Of a stretch of 64,000 nucleotides of DNA, positions 24,357 to 37,504 are shown one piece after another. The notes beneath the pieces are model-generated. The model was not told where the DNA came from, did no database searches, and worked only from the letters and a program-made list of their open reading frames with translations. The number at the start of each line of letters is the position of its first letter. Within the stretch, counting starts at the first letter, position 1. A program made the translations under genes and the position numbers. The DNA lies in assembly GCF_009914755.1 (NCBI RefSeq), contig NC_060929.1; one strand, 5' to 3'. The stretch comes from the human T2T-CHM13v2.0 reference genome, Homo sapiens.

Positions 24357-25451
24357 TTGGTAATTCACAAGCTCTGAGTGGGGGCCAGTGATCACCTCCC
24401 ACCTCATTCTTATTTCTGCCTTCACCGCCTATTCTAAATGTGTATAAAAGGATTCGGTATTTTTTTTTTTCAAAAAGGCTGTTGTACAGATAAAAGGCAG
24501 TGAAGAAGAAAACAATTTAAAACACCCCTGTCATTGTGGTTTGGGGTATTTACAGCTGCAGAGAAGGCTGCTTCCTGTCACCGTCTGAATGTATAAACTT
24601 AACTTGATCACCTTCTAAAGAATTTATGAATCATGGTTAATAATCAGCTGTAGGCACTTCTGAGGGTAGAATCACATTTTGAAGCTACAAAGGTCCCCTA
24701 AATAGCTCCTGGGAAATGACCCTGCATCCCATTAAGTATAAAAATTCACTACTGAGCACTTGATGTCAGAGGTAAACCACTTCAGTCTCAACTCACTTCA
24801 AAATGTCAAGGAGCCCCTCCACTTAAACACTTGATTAATCTGGAAGAACCTGACCAGACAGCTCCATCTCAGGAGAAGAAAAAAAAAAAAAAAGAATGTG
24901 TGTGTGTGTTTTTTTTCTTGAAGAACCTTTTTCTTTGCATTTAAAACACAAAAACCCTTTCTCTCTTTTCCACTCTTCCTCATGTTCGTTATTTTCTGTC
25001 GTTAAAACGGCTTTTATCTGGCTTTTATCTTTTCCATATGCCCATGGCCAACATTGCCTCCTCCTCCCACCGTACAAATCTGCCCAGGTGCAGGCTTTAT
25101 CTGACTGGTGCCAGCTTCCCATTTTCCTATTTAAATGGATGATGTGAAATCAAAGTCAAATGTCAAGGTCAGGAAGAAGGTTTTTTGGTGCATTGTGATC
25201 TAAGACACAAATAGAACTCACCTAATAGAAGAAAGTCATAGAGGGTTCCAGGGCAAAGAAAGAAGAGGCATCCAAAACAAAATACAAATAAATCTGCACC
25301 TGTTGTCAATATTTACAACATATGTCTGCAGGAATTTGGACTCCTGATCTGATTTGTTCTTTATTATTATAAATAGTTATACATAATTATTATATGTATT
25401 ACATATTATGCATAATATACTGACAATACAATGAACAGTGTATATCTTATA

Positions 25452-25792
<341 letters not shown>

Positions 25793-27889
25793 ACCTTATA
25801 TTTATTACAATTAATAAAGGATAATAATCCTTCAGGTATTTGTGATTTAAATTAAACTCGGTCTCCTAGATTTGCCAAAAAAGGCATCTCATTTGGAAAG
25901 TGTTAAAGAATCTCTGTAATTCCCATAATTATTACAACCATTGTATATCATGGTATTTCCACGGTAAACAGATCAGTTCCTGACTATTTATCAGATCATT
26001 CCAGGAATTATATTGTTCAAAGTTGTCTGGGCATGTGGGTGAAATGAAAATGGGGCAAATGCCAGAAACAGCATTTTTGATTCAGTTGTGTGGTTTATGT
26101 CATTTTTAATATAGTAATTTATTTCAGAACTCATAAGTGATAGCTGTGTCTTTGACCCGGAGATTAAATCTGCCATTTCAGGTGAAGTTCTGAGCCTTTG
26201 TCCAACATTATCATGTGAGGAGCTTGTGTTGCTCCCCTTGGGGGCAGATGGAGAAAGTTCCCGATGGTTCTTGGGCAGCTCCTCACACCTGCAGAGCTCC
26301 AGTCAGCCCATGTAGAGCAATGCCGCCTTGCAACATGAGCCTCAGGAACACGATGTAGGCAGCAAGCTTCCGCCACTGCACCAGCAAGACAGCAGGTCCC
26401 CAGGTGCTCCTTGGGGCCAGAGCTTGGCCCTTGTTTTACATCCCAAAGATAAAAACCTCACTTGACGGGAAAGGGCTATGTTATCAGGGACTCAAGAGCC
26501 CATCTCCAGGTGTGGGAGAGATTTTGCACAGTGCACCACACATTGGAAGCTGGGTCAAGTTTGCCAGCCAAGGGCTTCTTCCAGCCAGCAGCCTCCCAGC
26601 TGTTTTCACACACATCTCTAAAAATCCTGTAGTGAGTAGCTCTCAGTTCAAAGTGTTCTGGAGTTAGCCCTGTCCTGGGTTTGCTGGCAGGGATGAGGAC
26701 CCTTAGGTGGAGAAATAAGGCTGACACACAGGTTAGCACCCATAAAATGCAGAATCCATCTGGGGGCCCAGAGCCAGCTGCTAAAAGAAGTTGATCTTGG
26801 ATGTGGACCCTGAGGTGGGGACCCAGAGGCGAGCATCCGTGTGCTGCCAGCTGCTAGACCTTGGGTTCCCTCGGCCTCCTCAGACCCCGGAGGAAGGAAG
26901 ACCTCACTCTGCTCATTCCACTGCCTGCAGAGCCAGTCCCCACAGTCTGTCCCTGTGAGCAGCTATGGGGGCTGCCCAAATTGTGAATGACTGAAATGAA
27001 GCCACCAGCCTGGCCACTGGGTACTGGGTACTTTGCAGACCAGAGATGGCTCGATACCAGGCCATGGTGTCTCTTGGGCTTCGGCCACTCTGGTCTCTGG
27101 GATCTGTTGTTTCCACATCCTTCTCTCTTTGCACCCATGCTGGGGCTACAGGTATTAAAAAACTGTGTTCTGTTAGTCTGCAGTGGGTCAAGCTCAAAAA
27201 TGAAAATGGCTTTTTACAAATCCACCTGTTTGAGCGGATACACGCTGCTGAGATGTGAAGGGTTTGGGACTTTCTGTGTAGTGGCTATGGAATTTTATTA
27301 ACATGAAAGGACAGAAATCAGGTTTGAGTGTGATTTATGTAGCAGCAGCTGTAGTATTCTTTTCATTGGAGTTTAAATAGGTTATAAAAACGTGATGGGG
27401 CACTGAGGTTACCAGTGAGTCATTCTCTGGCTTATTAGCAACAGCACAATTAATAGAGACAGACGACTTTCCCTTGACAAGGGGCTTTTCTGCCCCAGTG
27501 AGCATTTAAAAGGCACAATTCTGGCTTTGTAAAATACCAACTTCCACGCAGGGAGGCAGGATGCTGTCCTTGTCCCTGCACTAAAGGGAACCGAAATGTC
27601 ACCTTCATCATGAAACAAATAATCCATCCTTCTCTCATTAAGATAAAACCCAATGTGGTTGAATTGTAACAGTAGGCTGGAGTGCAAGAAATACGGTCGC
27701 ACATTTTCACCATCATGATGAGGACCCCTCTCCTGCCACGGTACTGACAATCCTACTGGAACCTCAAAACCTTTCAGCAGCTCCAACAGCCTAGCCACCT
27801 CCACCGCTGCAGGCTCTACTCTTGGGATTGCAGCTGCAAGCTTCCTACTGCTCCCCTCTGAGAGAATCACGTGGCACCATCCCAACCTG

Positions 27890-28342
27890 AGAGGCTCTGA
27901 GACCCGGAATGTTCACTGGAAAATGGCTAGAACATACAGGACCACAGAGCTCTGGCACAAGACCTCTGCCTCCATCTGCCATGAGCCAAAACACAGCCTC
28001 TGCAGCAATTGGCCCAGAATAGTCAGCACGTAATCAATGACTACCAGTATCCCTCATGTTACCTCCACTTTCAACTCAGGACCAGCCTGAGGAAACCAAA
28101 TTTGCTCCCCTAACCAATCTCAAAGGATACCTGGCTTCAAGTGCGCCTCCCCCCAGCTTCTCCAGGCCAACAGCCTCCATCAGGGCCCACCTGAGGCTTC
28201 CCTTGCCATCAAGAAGCTTCACCACTCCATATGAGTCTCTGCTGAAATGCGAGTGATGGTGGCTGACTCCCCTGCCCTGGCACGCTCTGAGTAAATCCCT
28301 CCATTCGTTCCCATGTGGGCTGCCGTTGGGCAGTCATTCAGC
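27890..28342 (+). mobile_element. ERVL-class solo LTR (MER77-like)
   Basis: cctctgcagcaattggcccagaa...caactcaggacca...gctcccctaaccaatc...gtgatggtggctgactccc; subfamily uncertain. Confidence 0.6.
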
Positions 28343-29630
28343 AGTGCATGGTAAGCACAGACTGGCTGCTCAGTGCTGCTGTAGGTGCTGGTGCCAAGTG
28401 TAGCATCGCTGAGACTCAACTGATCTCGTACCCACTGCTCTTGCACTTCAGGGCAAATTGTACAGAGGCAGCGTCCACCCTGGGGCTGGAATGCTCAGAC
28501 TCAGGGGTGTTGGTCCGTGGTGTAGATGACAGGCGTGCCTAGTCTGAGCCACCTACCACCATGAGAAATAAGTGCCACCTGGAAAACGAATCGTCCCACC
28601 TCCACCCACGACGGACAATGCCAGCCCATGCCGCTCTGTTGTCAGGGTCTTCATGACTTGGACTGGAAGATGTACCATCTCCTGCTTTTGTAATAATGCA
28701 GAAAGAAGCCTCTGCCCTATTCCTTCCAGAAGACAGCAGCCGTGCCCTGGAAGGCAGGTAGCCACTAGCCCTTCAGGAGCTTTAGAGGCCGTGCCCTTCA
28801 GGTCCTGGGGTGCAGGGCAGGCTACAACCTCCCACTGTTGAGGCCTGCACCACCTCAGGATGTTCACCTCCCTGAGGACATGACCCTAGAATCTACTAGG
28901 ATCTCCATGCCCTGTGACCTTGCTAGATTGGAAATAAGTCTGTGTTCCTCTGAGAGCAAGGCCTGAGACCATGTTAACATTTTACAGTTGTATTGTGTTG
29001 TTGACCCAAATTATTTGAGGCTAACCAAAATCAGGAGTTGTTTTTCTCATGAGGTTCAAGTTCCCAATCTTCGACCTGTGAAGCTCAGTGGGGGGCTTCC
29101 TGTTTCCTAACAGCTGCCTGCTGTTGTGTGTTGAGGTCAGCTCTCCACTTCAAGCTGTGAAGCTGCCCCTGGGAGGAGGGGGAGTGGAAGCGAGTCAGCT
29201 CCCCTAAAGGACAACGCCTGCAGAAAGGTGTGTGGGGTCCTGGGTGCCACACAACTATGCCAAACTTAAGGGAATGAACTGTGCACACTCTTTAGAAGAG
29301 GGACTTATGTTTGCATGCTTTATGTAAAGAACTCATTAAGTCAATATTAGTACACAGTGTCTTAGAGAAAATAAAAATCATATAATGGATTATGTAAAAT
29401 AGCAGAACTGGGCCACGACCTCACTGCTTGAGTAGTTATGATTTTTGTGAAGATGCTGCATTGACTGAATTTTGACCAACGGGTCATGAATTAAAGTAGG
29501 TAATGAGAGCTAGTTCCCTCATTATACCCTGTTCATACCCTATTACTGTAGGTATCATTGATAGAATAATATTCAGCTATTGGAAAAATATTCATGACTT
29601 TTGAGTAAAAGTAAAATTAGAAGGAAATGT

Positions 29631-29998
29631 TGTCTTAGTCACCTTGGGCTACCATAACAGAATATCATAGACTGGAGCTTAAATAACAGAAAAGTATTTT
29701 CTGACAGTGGTGGGAACTGGAAGTCTGTGATCAGGGTGCTAGCATGGACAGGCTCTGATGAGCTCTCTATTCCTGGCTTGTAGACCGTCACCTCCACACT
29801 GTGTCCTGACTTGGTGGAGAGAGAAATCTCTGGGGATTTTTCTTAAAAGGGCACTAATCCTCTCATGAGGGTCCTGCTCTCATGACCTCATGTGACCCTG
29901 ATAGCCTCCCAAAGTTCCCAACTCCAAATACTATTCCACTGGGGATTAGAGCTTCAACATACAAACTCAAGGGAAACATGACAATTCCATCCAGAGCC
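29631..29998 (-). mobile_element. MaLR LTR (MLT1A0-like)
   Basis: tgtcttagtc...gggctaccataacagaatatcatagactgg...aagggcactaatcc...ggggattagagcttcaacata. Confidence 0.85.
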
Positions 29999-30213
29999 AA
30001 TGTATACCACAAAAATGCACTCGAATACAGAAGACAATGGGAAGGAGAGGGCTTTTTGCTAAGGATATGCAAATCGACAGAGCTGGCCATGGTGGTGAGA
30101 GAAGTCATCCCGGCCATGCCTTGGGGTCTCATGCTCTGCAGTCAGGGTTTGGTTCCTTCCCCAAGCCATGGGTTCTCACTGATATTTCATTCTATGTTAA
30201 TAATTGAAGTTTT

Positions 30214-30443
30214 AATGAGAACACATGGACACAGGAAGGGGAACATCACACACTGGGGACTGTTGTGGGGTGGGGGGGGTGGGAGGGATAGCATTAGGAG
30301 ATATACCTAATGTAAATGACGAGTTAATGGGTGCAGCACACCAACATGGCACATGTACACATATGTAACAAACCTGCACGTTGTGCACATGTACCCTAAA
30401 ACTTAAAGTATAATAATAATAAATAAAATAAAATATAAAAAAA
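30214..30443 (+). mobile_element. 5'-truncated L1PA4/5 3'UTR with A-rich tail
   Basis: aatgagaacacatggacacaggaagggg...G-tract...gtaccctaaaacttaaagtataat; imperfect TSD AATTGA(A/C)GTT(T/C)TA. Confidence 0.95.
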
Positions 30444-30927
30444 TTGACGTTCTACCAGTGTCCACAATTTAATTGATTAAAGTACCCCAAAACACATATG
30501 CTGTCTCCTGTGTGTCAAAAGCTTGGCAGGGCACTGAGATGCAGGGATGAGTCAGGGCAGAAGCTGGGCTTCCACAGAGCCCAAGCCCACCTGAACTAGG
30601 CCACTGCAAGAGCAGGAAGGTTTTTCTATAAGAAAGTGCTGAAGTCCTTGACATGGGACTTGACTTGGGCGAGGGGTCAGGATGTGCCTCAGAGAGCTGA
30701 TCAGAAGAGATGCCTGGCAGGAGAACAACATCACCTTCCAGGAGGAGCTAGTGCATGAAATGCATACATTCATGCCCCTTCCTCTGAATGCTTGCTCACA
30801 TTTAGGTTAGAATTTGGCCATTTATGTTGTTTTCCCATAAAGATGAAGTGACTTGGCCAATGCAGGAATTATCTGGCCCCTTTAGCAATAACAATTTCAT
30901 AACAACTTTGCAAATACACTTAGGCTT

Positions 30928-31305
30928 TGATATAGTTTGCATATTTCCCCCTTCAAATTTTATGTTGAAATTTGATCTCCAATGTTGGAGGTGGGGCCTG
31001 ATGGGAGGTTTTTGAGTCATGGAGGTGGATCCTTTAGGAATGGCTTGGTGCTATCCTCTGGGTAATGAGTGGGTTCTCACTCTATCGTTCCCATGAGTAC
31101 TAATTGTTACTAACGAACCTGGCACCTCCCTCCCTGCTGTCCTGCTTCCTCTCCTCTACCAGAGGTGGAAGCTTCTTAAGGCCTCACCAGAAGCAGATGC
31201 TGGCGCCGTGCTTTCTGCAGAATGGTGTGCCAAAGAAACCTCTCTTCTTTATAAAATACCCAGCCTCAGATATTCTGTTATAGCAACACAAAATGGACTA
31301 AGACA
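30928..31305 (+). mobile_element. MST (MSTB-like) MaLR solo LTR with perfect 5-bp TSD
   Basis: TG...CA ends (tgatatagtttg ... aaatggactaagaca); GGCTT at 30923-30927 and 31306-31310. Confidence 0.92.
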
Positions 31306-31975
31306 GGCTTTATGCATTCATCTCTTGAGGTTGGTTAAAATGAATTTGCCTCAAGAACAGGGCCCTGCTTTTGGGTGTACTGACACAATCACCTTCATAG
31401 TGCCTTTCTCCAAAGCACTCATTGTTGCCTTCATAAGCTCCTTAGCTGTCATTCTCTCATGAAGACCATGCCACATCCTTCAGCTTTCTCCATTATATGG
31501 AAGCATTGGTCTGGATGAACAAAATAGTATTGCATGACTAGACTTGCTTTCTGTCCCTTGGCAGGCTGAGTCAGATAACCTGTCTTCCATTATTCTGAAA
31601 CCATCTTATCTCTCAAAGATGTTCACAATTAGGCCACTTGTTTCTTTTCCTCTAACAGATGCTACTTTTTCTCCTTACCAATTCACATTAGATAAATGAA
31701 CTTCCATCCAGGGCTAACTTTTCAATCCACAGCCATTCATCTGCTGTTCCTATCAAGTCAGCTGTTTTGCTTGAATCACTGAGCTCTTCACTTTCTTTTT
31801 TTCATTCTTCAAAGGCATGTAGAATACTCACCTTAGTCTCTGGAATCTACTCTTTCTCTCTATCCTGGACATAGAATTTTAAACCCTATTGAGCTGGCTG
31901 GTGAAGGTCAGGCCAAGTGAATACTTGGCAGTGTTCTCATGCTGCCTTCCAACCTTTGTGTAGAAAGCTGCCCCA

Positions 31976-32170
31976 GCTCAGACAGACCTAAGTTTGGGCC
32001 CAGGCCCTGACACTATCCAGGTGTGTAAACTTGGGCAGCGTACTTAACTTGTCCAGCTTTATTCTCTAGGGCTGTGACATTTGGATAATGGTGACTATAT
32101 CATTGGCTCATTACATAAAAAGTAAGCCATTCTGGATGCAATCCACCTAGTTCACATTTGATACATGCTG
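31976..32170 (+). mobile_element. MIR fragment
   Basis: cagacagacctaagtttgggcccagg...gtgtgtaaacttgggcagcgtacttaact. Confidence 0.5.
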
Positions 32171-32915
32171 GCCCTGCCCCTCACTCAGGGCCACTGCACA
32201 TCCTGCACATCATGGGGGCATTGCCTGAAGGAGTAAGAAGGGTACAATTTCATCTGTGGTCCATTGACCAAGCTGTGCACCTGTAATACTGCAACTCTTC
32301 CTAATCCACAGAGAGGAACCTTACAGCTAGTTGCAATCCTGAGTTCCTCTTAAGTTTCTGGTGTAGTTTTAAAGAAAACTATATCCAAGATCCTACCCTA
32401 ACTCACACACTGAATCTCGGACGTCTATTCCAAACTATATCAGACATTCTGCCAAGCACCAAGTGGAAGAGTGTTTCCGAATATTGTACATAGAAAAATG
32501 ATAGGGTATGACACATCAGTCTAAAAATTACAACTAGTATTATAAAACATAGCAGGTGCACAATTACTCTATCGTGGTAGGGTGTAAAATGCTCACAACA
32601 TTGCTTCCTAGTATCCAATTAATGTAGTTGGTGATAAACAGTTACTCATTTGCAGTGATGTCTTCTTTTTTTATTACAGTCAATTATACAATGAATTGCA
32701 ATCGACTCATTCTGCTCCTTATTCAACAATTGTATTACCATTTTTTTCCCCAACAAAAACTAGGCAAAAATAAGATCTAACTCCTAAAAGCATGGTGGGA
32801 AAGCAGTCAGTGGAGACGCACCATGGCAGAGAGTGACACCCACTGAGGATATCACCTGGATCCTCCGGGCACTGGGTGCATTTAAGAGTAAACCCACTCC
32901 TGTAGCCTCAGCACA

Positions 32916-33114
32916 TTTTTTTTTTTACTTTAAGTTCTAGGATACATATGCAGAACGTGCAGGTTTGTTACATAGGTATACATGTGCCATGGTAGTTTGC
33001 TGCACCTCTCAACCGGTCATCTAGGTTTTAAGCCCTGCATGCATTAGGTATTTGTCCTAATGCTCTCTCTCCCCTTGTCCCCTATCCCCTGACAGGCCCC
33101 AGTGTGTGATGTTC
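32916..33114 (-). mobile_element. 5'-truncated L1PA8-like 3'UTR with 11-bp TSD
   Basis: PolyT followed by actttaagttct...ggttttaagccctgcatgcattaggtatttgtcctaatgc; TSD AGCACATTTTT at 32910-32920 and 33120-33130; TTTTT/AAAAA endonuclease site. Confidence 0.93.
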
Positions 33115-33717
33115 ATGGGAGCACATTTTTAAAAAGGGCTAAACGTGATTTTAATGAGGGACTAATTGTATTTAGAGAGTAACTGAGTAGTTTTTGATAT
33201 ATCATTTTGTTTAAAATATTTATTGATATTTGGAGCTGTTATTATAAAATTTTTCCTATATTATTATTCATCAGAAACATCTTGTTAAAATATGTACATT
33301 ATAAGATATTGGCTACTACAAATGAAGAGGAAATCCACAGGAAAAGAGAGAAAAAAATAAAGTTGTTTTCAAAATATAGGTCAAAAATTTAGAAAATAAA
33401 ACAAGTTAATTTTCTTTTCCTATGAGAACTTTACAAATTGAAGAAAAAGTCATGTTTGCAGGAATAGTGGAACAATATAAGAAACTTACAGAAAAGAGTA
33501 ATCTTTTACTATTCTTCCTTTTCTTTCCTGGATGGCTGAGGCAGGTGTGTCTTGGATTTCCATTCATATGTGGATTATGGACATTATATGCAATGCCATG
33601 ATTTTATAAACATTCATGCATGCATATAGGAAACATATATCACTGCAACTTGACTTTCAAAGTTTTGACAATATGTAATGGACATCTTTCGAGGTCCATA
33701 GATAATTAGTTTTTTCA

Positions 33718-33812
33718 TTGTTTTTAAGAGATTGGTTCGTGTTTATGTTGGTCAGGCTAGACTCAAACTCCTGGGATCGAGCAACTCTGTCACTTCAGCC
33801 TCCAGAGTAGCT
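33718..33812 (-). mobile_element. Degraded Alu monomer (FLAM/FRAM-like)
   Basis: tatgttggtcaggctagactcaaactcctggg...cttcagcctccagagtagct. Confidence 0.7.
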
Positions 33813-33831
33813 ATTACTCTTAACAGTTATG

Positions 33832-34346
33832 TAGTATTAGCTATCTATTGCTGAAATAATGCTGTGCAAAAATGACCAAACAACTTAAGGGGGGTACAAA
33901 AATATGCATGTACCTGGGCTACTTGGCTAGGCAGCCTTGTTAATACGCATGTACCTGGGCTACTTGGCTAGGCAGCCTTGTTTGTTTTGACTGTGCTTGC
34001 TCTCATGTCTAAGCGTCCTTTGGCTCTTAGCTGATTTAAGATGGCTTGGGCTGGGGACATGGGTGATTCACCTTTTCTGCGTGTGCCTCTGCCTCTCCAG
34101 GAGGCTAGCCTGAGGATGTTCTCATAGCGATGGCAGAGGCTCCCAGGCAAAAAGGCAAGTGCAAGCATGCAAGTGCTTTCTAGACTGCTGCTTTTATCAT
34201 GCATGCTAAAGTTCTATATTAGCAGTCACCAAAACAAGTCATATGGCTGATCACATAGAGAGAGAGAGAGGGCTGCACAGTTGCACGGCAAAGGGTAAGA
34301 GTGCAAGAGATTTGAAAAATTGAGACTATTTTTGTAACCTACCACA
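33832..34346 (-). mobile_element. MaLR LTR (MLT1H-like) with an internal 41-bp tandem duplication
   Basis: gtattagctatctattgctg...ccaggaggctagcctgaggatgttctcatagcgatggcagaggc...acctaccaca. Confidence 0.75.
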
Positions 34347-35370
34347 GTATAAACCTTCCATTTTTTATTCAACCATTCCCCATGTTAGCTGCTATTTTGG
34401 ATCTTTTCAGAGTGTTATAAGTTATTATTAGCAAGAGTATATATTCTTACATATCTATCTTTATGCATTTGCGTTTATTTTAGTGGAATGTTTACCAAAG
34501 TGAAATGATTGGATCAAATATTTTTATTAGAATTAAAATTTATAGAGCTATATTTATTCAAAATGTGTAGTGATTCATACCTATGGTAGACATGAAATAA
34601 AGTGTCTGTTTTCCTATATCTTGGTTGAATAAGACACAGTGATTTTTTTTTTGTAATAGATTAAAAATCTAATTTTTGAACTTACAGATTCAGTTCCAAC
34701 ATATAAAGAACATAAAATACATCATTTTTGTCCTAAAACAACATCAAAGAAAGCTGGACAAATTAAAAATCAATGACTGTCTTTGACCTAATACATATGT
34801 GAGTTTGCAGGGCAAGCTGTCACCCTGAAATGTGAAGAGACAGCACATACAGAGAGTAACAGGTGAGATCTGCCTACCTGACATGCAAGACACTGAAGCC
34901 AAAGATGCTGGAATCAGAAACTCCTTGTAATAGCACATACAATATGTCCAACTTTTAACCAAAAATTATAAGACATGTAAAAAGGCAAGAAAGAAATTCT
35001 AAAGAGAAAAAGCAAGGCAGACTCATATATGACACAAATATTGGAAATATCAGACAGGAAATTTAAAATGGCTATAATTAATATGCCAAGGGATTTAATG
35101 AATTAGTAGGTAACATTCAAGAACAGGTGGGTAATATAAGCAGCAAGAGGAAAACTCCAGGAATAAGTTTTAAAATGCTAGAAATCAACAACACAGTCAC
35201 AAAAAGAATGCCTTCAATAAGGTTATCACTAGATTCAATATAGCCAAGGAAAGAATAAAGGACCTTCAAGATAGGTCAATAGAAGCATCCCAAACTTGAT
35301 CATAATGAGAACAAAATTTGAAGGAAGAAGTAGAATACGACATTCAAGAACTGCAGAGCAATTTTAAAAG

Positions 35371-35372
<2 letters not shown>

Positions 35373-35402
<30 letters not shown>
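35373..35402. repeat. (AC)15 microsatellite
   Basis: Perfect dinucleotide run. Confidence 0.97.
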
Positions 35403-35405
<3 letters not shown>

Positions 35406-35928
35406 AAATATCAGCAGAAGTAGTAAGAGAGAATGGAGCCAAAGAAATATTTAAAGTAATAAAGCCTAAGAACTTTCTATAACTAGTGGTAGATATAAAA
35501 CTCCACATTCAGAAAATTCAGAGAACACCAAGCAAAATGAACAAATACTTAGATAAAATACTAAATCATAAAGGAACAAATACTTACACACAAAAAATAC
35601 TAAATCATATATTAAAGCTGCAGAAAATTAAATACAAAAATTTTCAAAGAAGCCAGAAAAGAAAATCACCATATATATAGAAAAATGCTGATCAGAATTA
35701 CAGCATACTTCTCATCAGAAATAATGCAAACCAGGAGACAGTGGAATAAAATATTCAGTGCTAAAAAACAAAAACCCTAACCTAAAAATCTGCATTCAGG
35801 GAAATTAGCCTTCAAAATGAAGGAAATGTAAAGACTTTCTCAAATAAACAAAAACTGGGGAAATCTGTTGCCAATAAACATGCCTTTCATGAAATGGTAG
35901 GATAAGTTCTTTAAAAGAAGCAAAATGA

Positions 35929-36008
35929 GACTGGGCTTGGTAGCTCACGCCTGTAATCCCAACACTTTGGGAGGCCAAGGTAGGCAGACTTCTTGAGTCC
36001 AAAAGTTT
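35929..36008 (+). mobile_element. 5' 80-bp Alu fragment (3' part missing)
   Basis: gactgggcttggtagctcacgcctgtaatcccaacactttgggaggccaagg...ttgagtccaaaagtt, then an abrupt return to L1 ORF2. Confidence 0.9.
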
Positions 36009-37462
36009 ATCTAATTGTTTTTTATAGAATAGTCTACCCAACAACAGCAGAATGCACTTTCTTCTCAAGCTACCATGAAACTTTCACCATGATAAACTTC
36101 ATCATGTGTGCCATAAGGACACATTAACAAATCTAAAATATTATGCATTATACAAAATATGTTTTCAGATTACAGTGGAATCAAACTGAAAGTCAATAAC
36201 AGAAAAATGGTAGGAAATCCCTAATTATTTGGAAATTAGGCAACACATTATCTAAATAATCCATGGGTCAAATTAGAAATCTTAACAGAAAGCTAAAATA
36301 TACTTTCAGCTAAATAAATGTGGAAATACAAATAACCAAAGTATGTGAGATGAAGCAAAAACAGTACTTACAAATAAATTAATAACCCTGAATAAACTAG
36401 GAAAGAAAAAAATTCAAAAGAAGTAATCTAAGCTTTAATCTTAGGAATCTGATTCCTAAAAATAAGAGAGTTTTAACCTAAACAAGTGAATAATTAAAAT
36501 TATAAAAATTAAAGCAGAAATCAATTAAATTGAAAACTAGAAAATAAAAGATACTTTCAATTAAATCTAAAAATTCCTTGAAAAATTTAATAAAGTTTAT
36601 AAACCTAGTCGTTGCAATCAAGAAAAAAAAATTCCCATATCAGAAATATATATAAGGCCATCTCTATTGACAGCATTGACATTAAAATAATAATTAAGAA
36701 ATACTATACTAAGAAGTACTTTTTGTCCACAAATTTGATAATTTAGATTAAGTATCTGTTCCTTAAAGGAAAGTATCAGAACTTATACAAAATGTTACAG
36801 GACTTGAATAGGGCTTGGATATTTACATAGTTCTATATCTTTAGAAACAGTAGATACTGTCTCTCTATCTATATTAAAGTTGTTCAATCAATAATAATTA
36901 CCAAAATAAGAAAGCACAAAGCTCAAATGACTTTGTGGGGAAGTCTATCAAGTATTAAAAGAGGAAATAATTATTTCTTAATAATAGTTAATAATAATGA
37001 TATTAATTAATAATAATAGTATAATATTAAATATTTCCACATTCTCTTTTACAAAATAGAAATGGAGAGAACACTTCTGAACTTATTTTATAGGGTAAAC
37101 TTTGTCCTAATACCAAAACCAGATAAAGACATTGCATAAAATAAAAATTATAGACCAATTCCTCCCATGAACATAAATGCATAATGTCCAATAAAATATT
37201 AGCAAGTATAATCCAACAATGTATAGGAAGGATTATGCATCATGTACAGGTGAGACTTATTCTAGGTATTCTATTAATGAATGACTCAACATTCAGAAAT
37301 CAATTAATGTAATCCTCCAAGTCAACAGGCTAAAGAAATAAAACCACATAATCATATCAGTTGATATAGTACAAGCATTTGGCAAAATCCAGCATCATTC
37401 AAGGTAGAAACTCTCAACACAATAAGAATAGCGGGGAACTTCCTCAACTTGATAAAGGACAT

Positions 37463-37463
<1 letters not shown>

Positions 37464-37503
<40 letters not shown>
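37464..37503. repeat. (CA)20 microsatellite
   Basis: Perfect dinucleotide run. Confidence 0.97.

Positions 37504-37504
<1 letters not shown>

Larger units (their letters stand above)
33620..34620 (-). mobile_element. Fragmented old L1M (L1ME-type) hosting the Alu monomer and MLT1H
   Basis: ggacatctttc...; ttattcaaccattcccc; aaagtgaaatgattggatcaaa resemble antisense L1ME 3' sequence. Confidence 0.45.

Noticed and set aside
27716-27861. C/D-box snoRNA-like motifs (ATGATGA ... CTGA)
   Set aside because: Too long, no terminal stem and no recognisable rRNA or snRNA guide.
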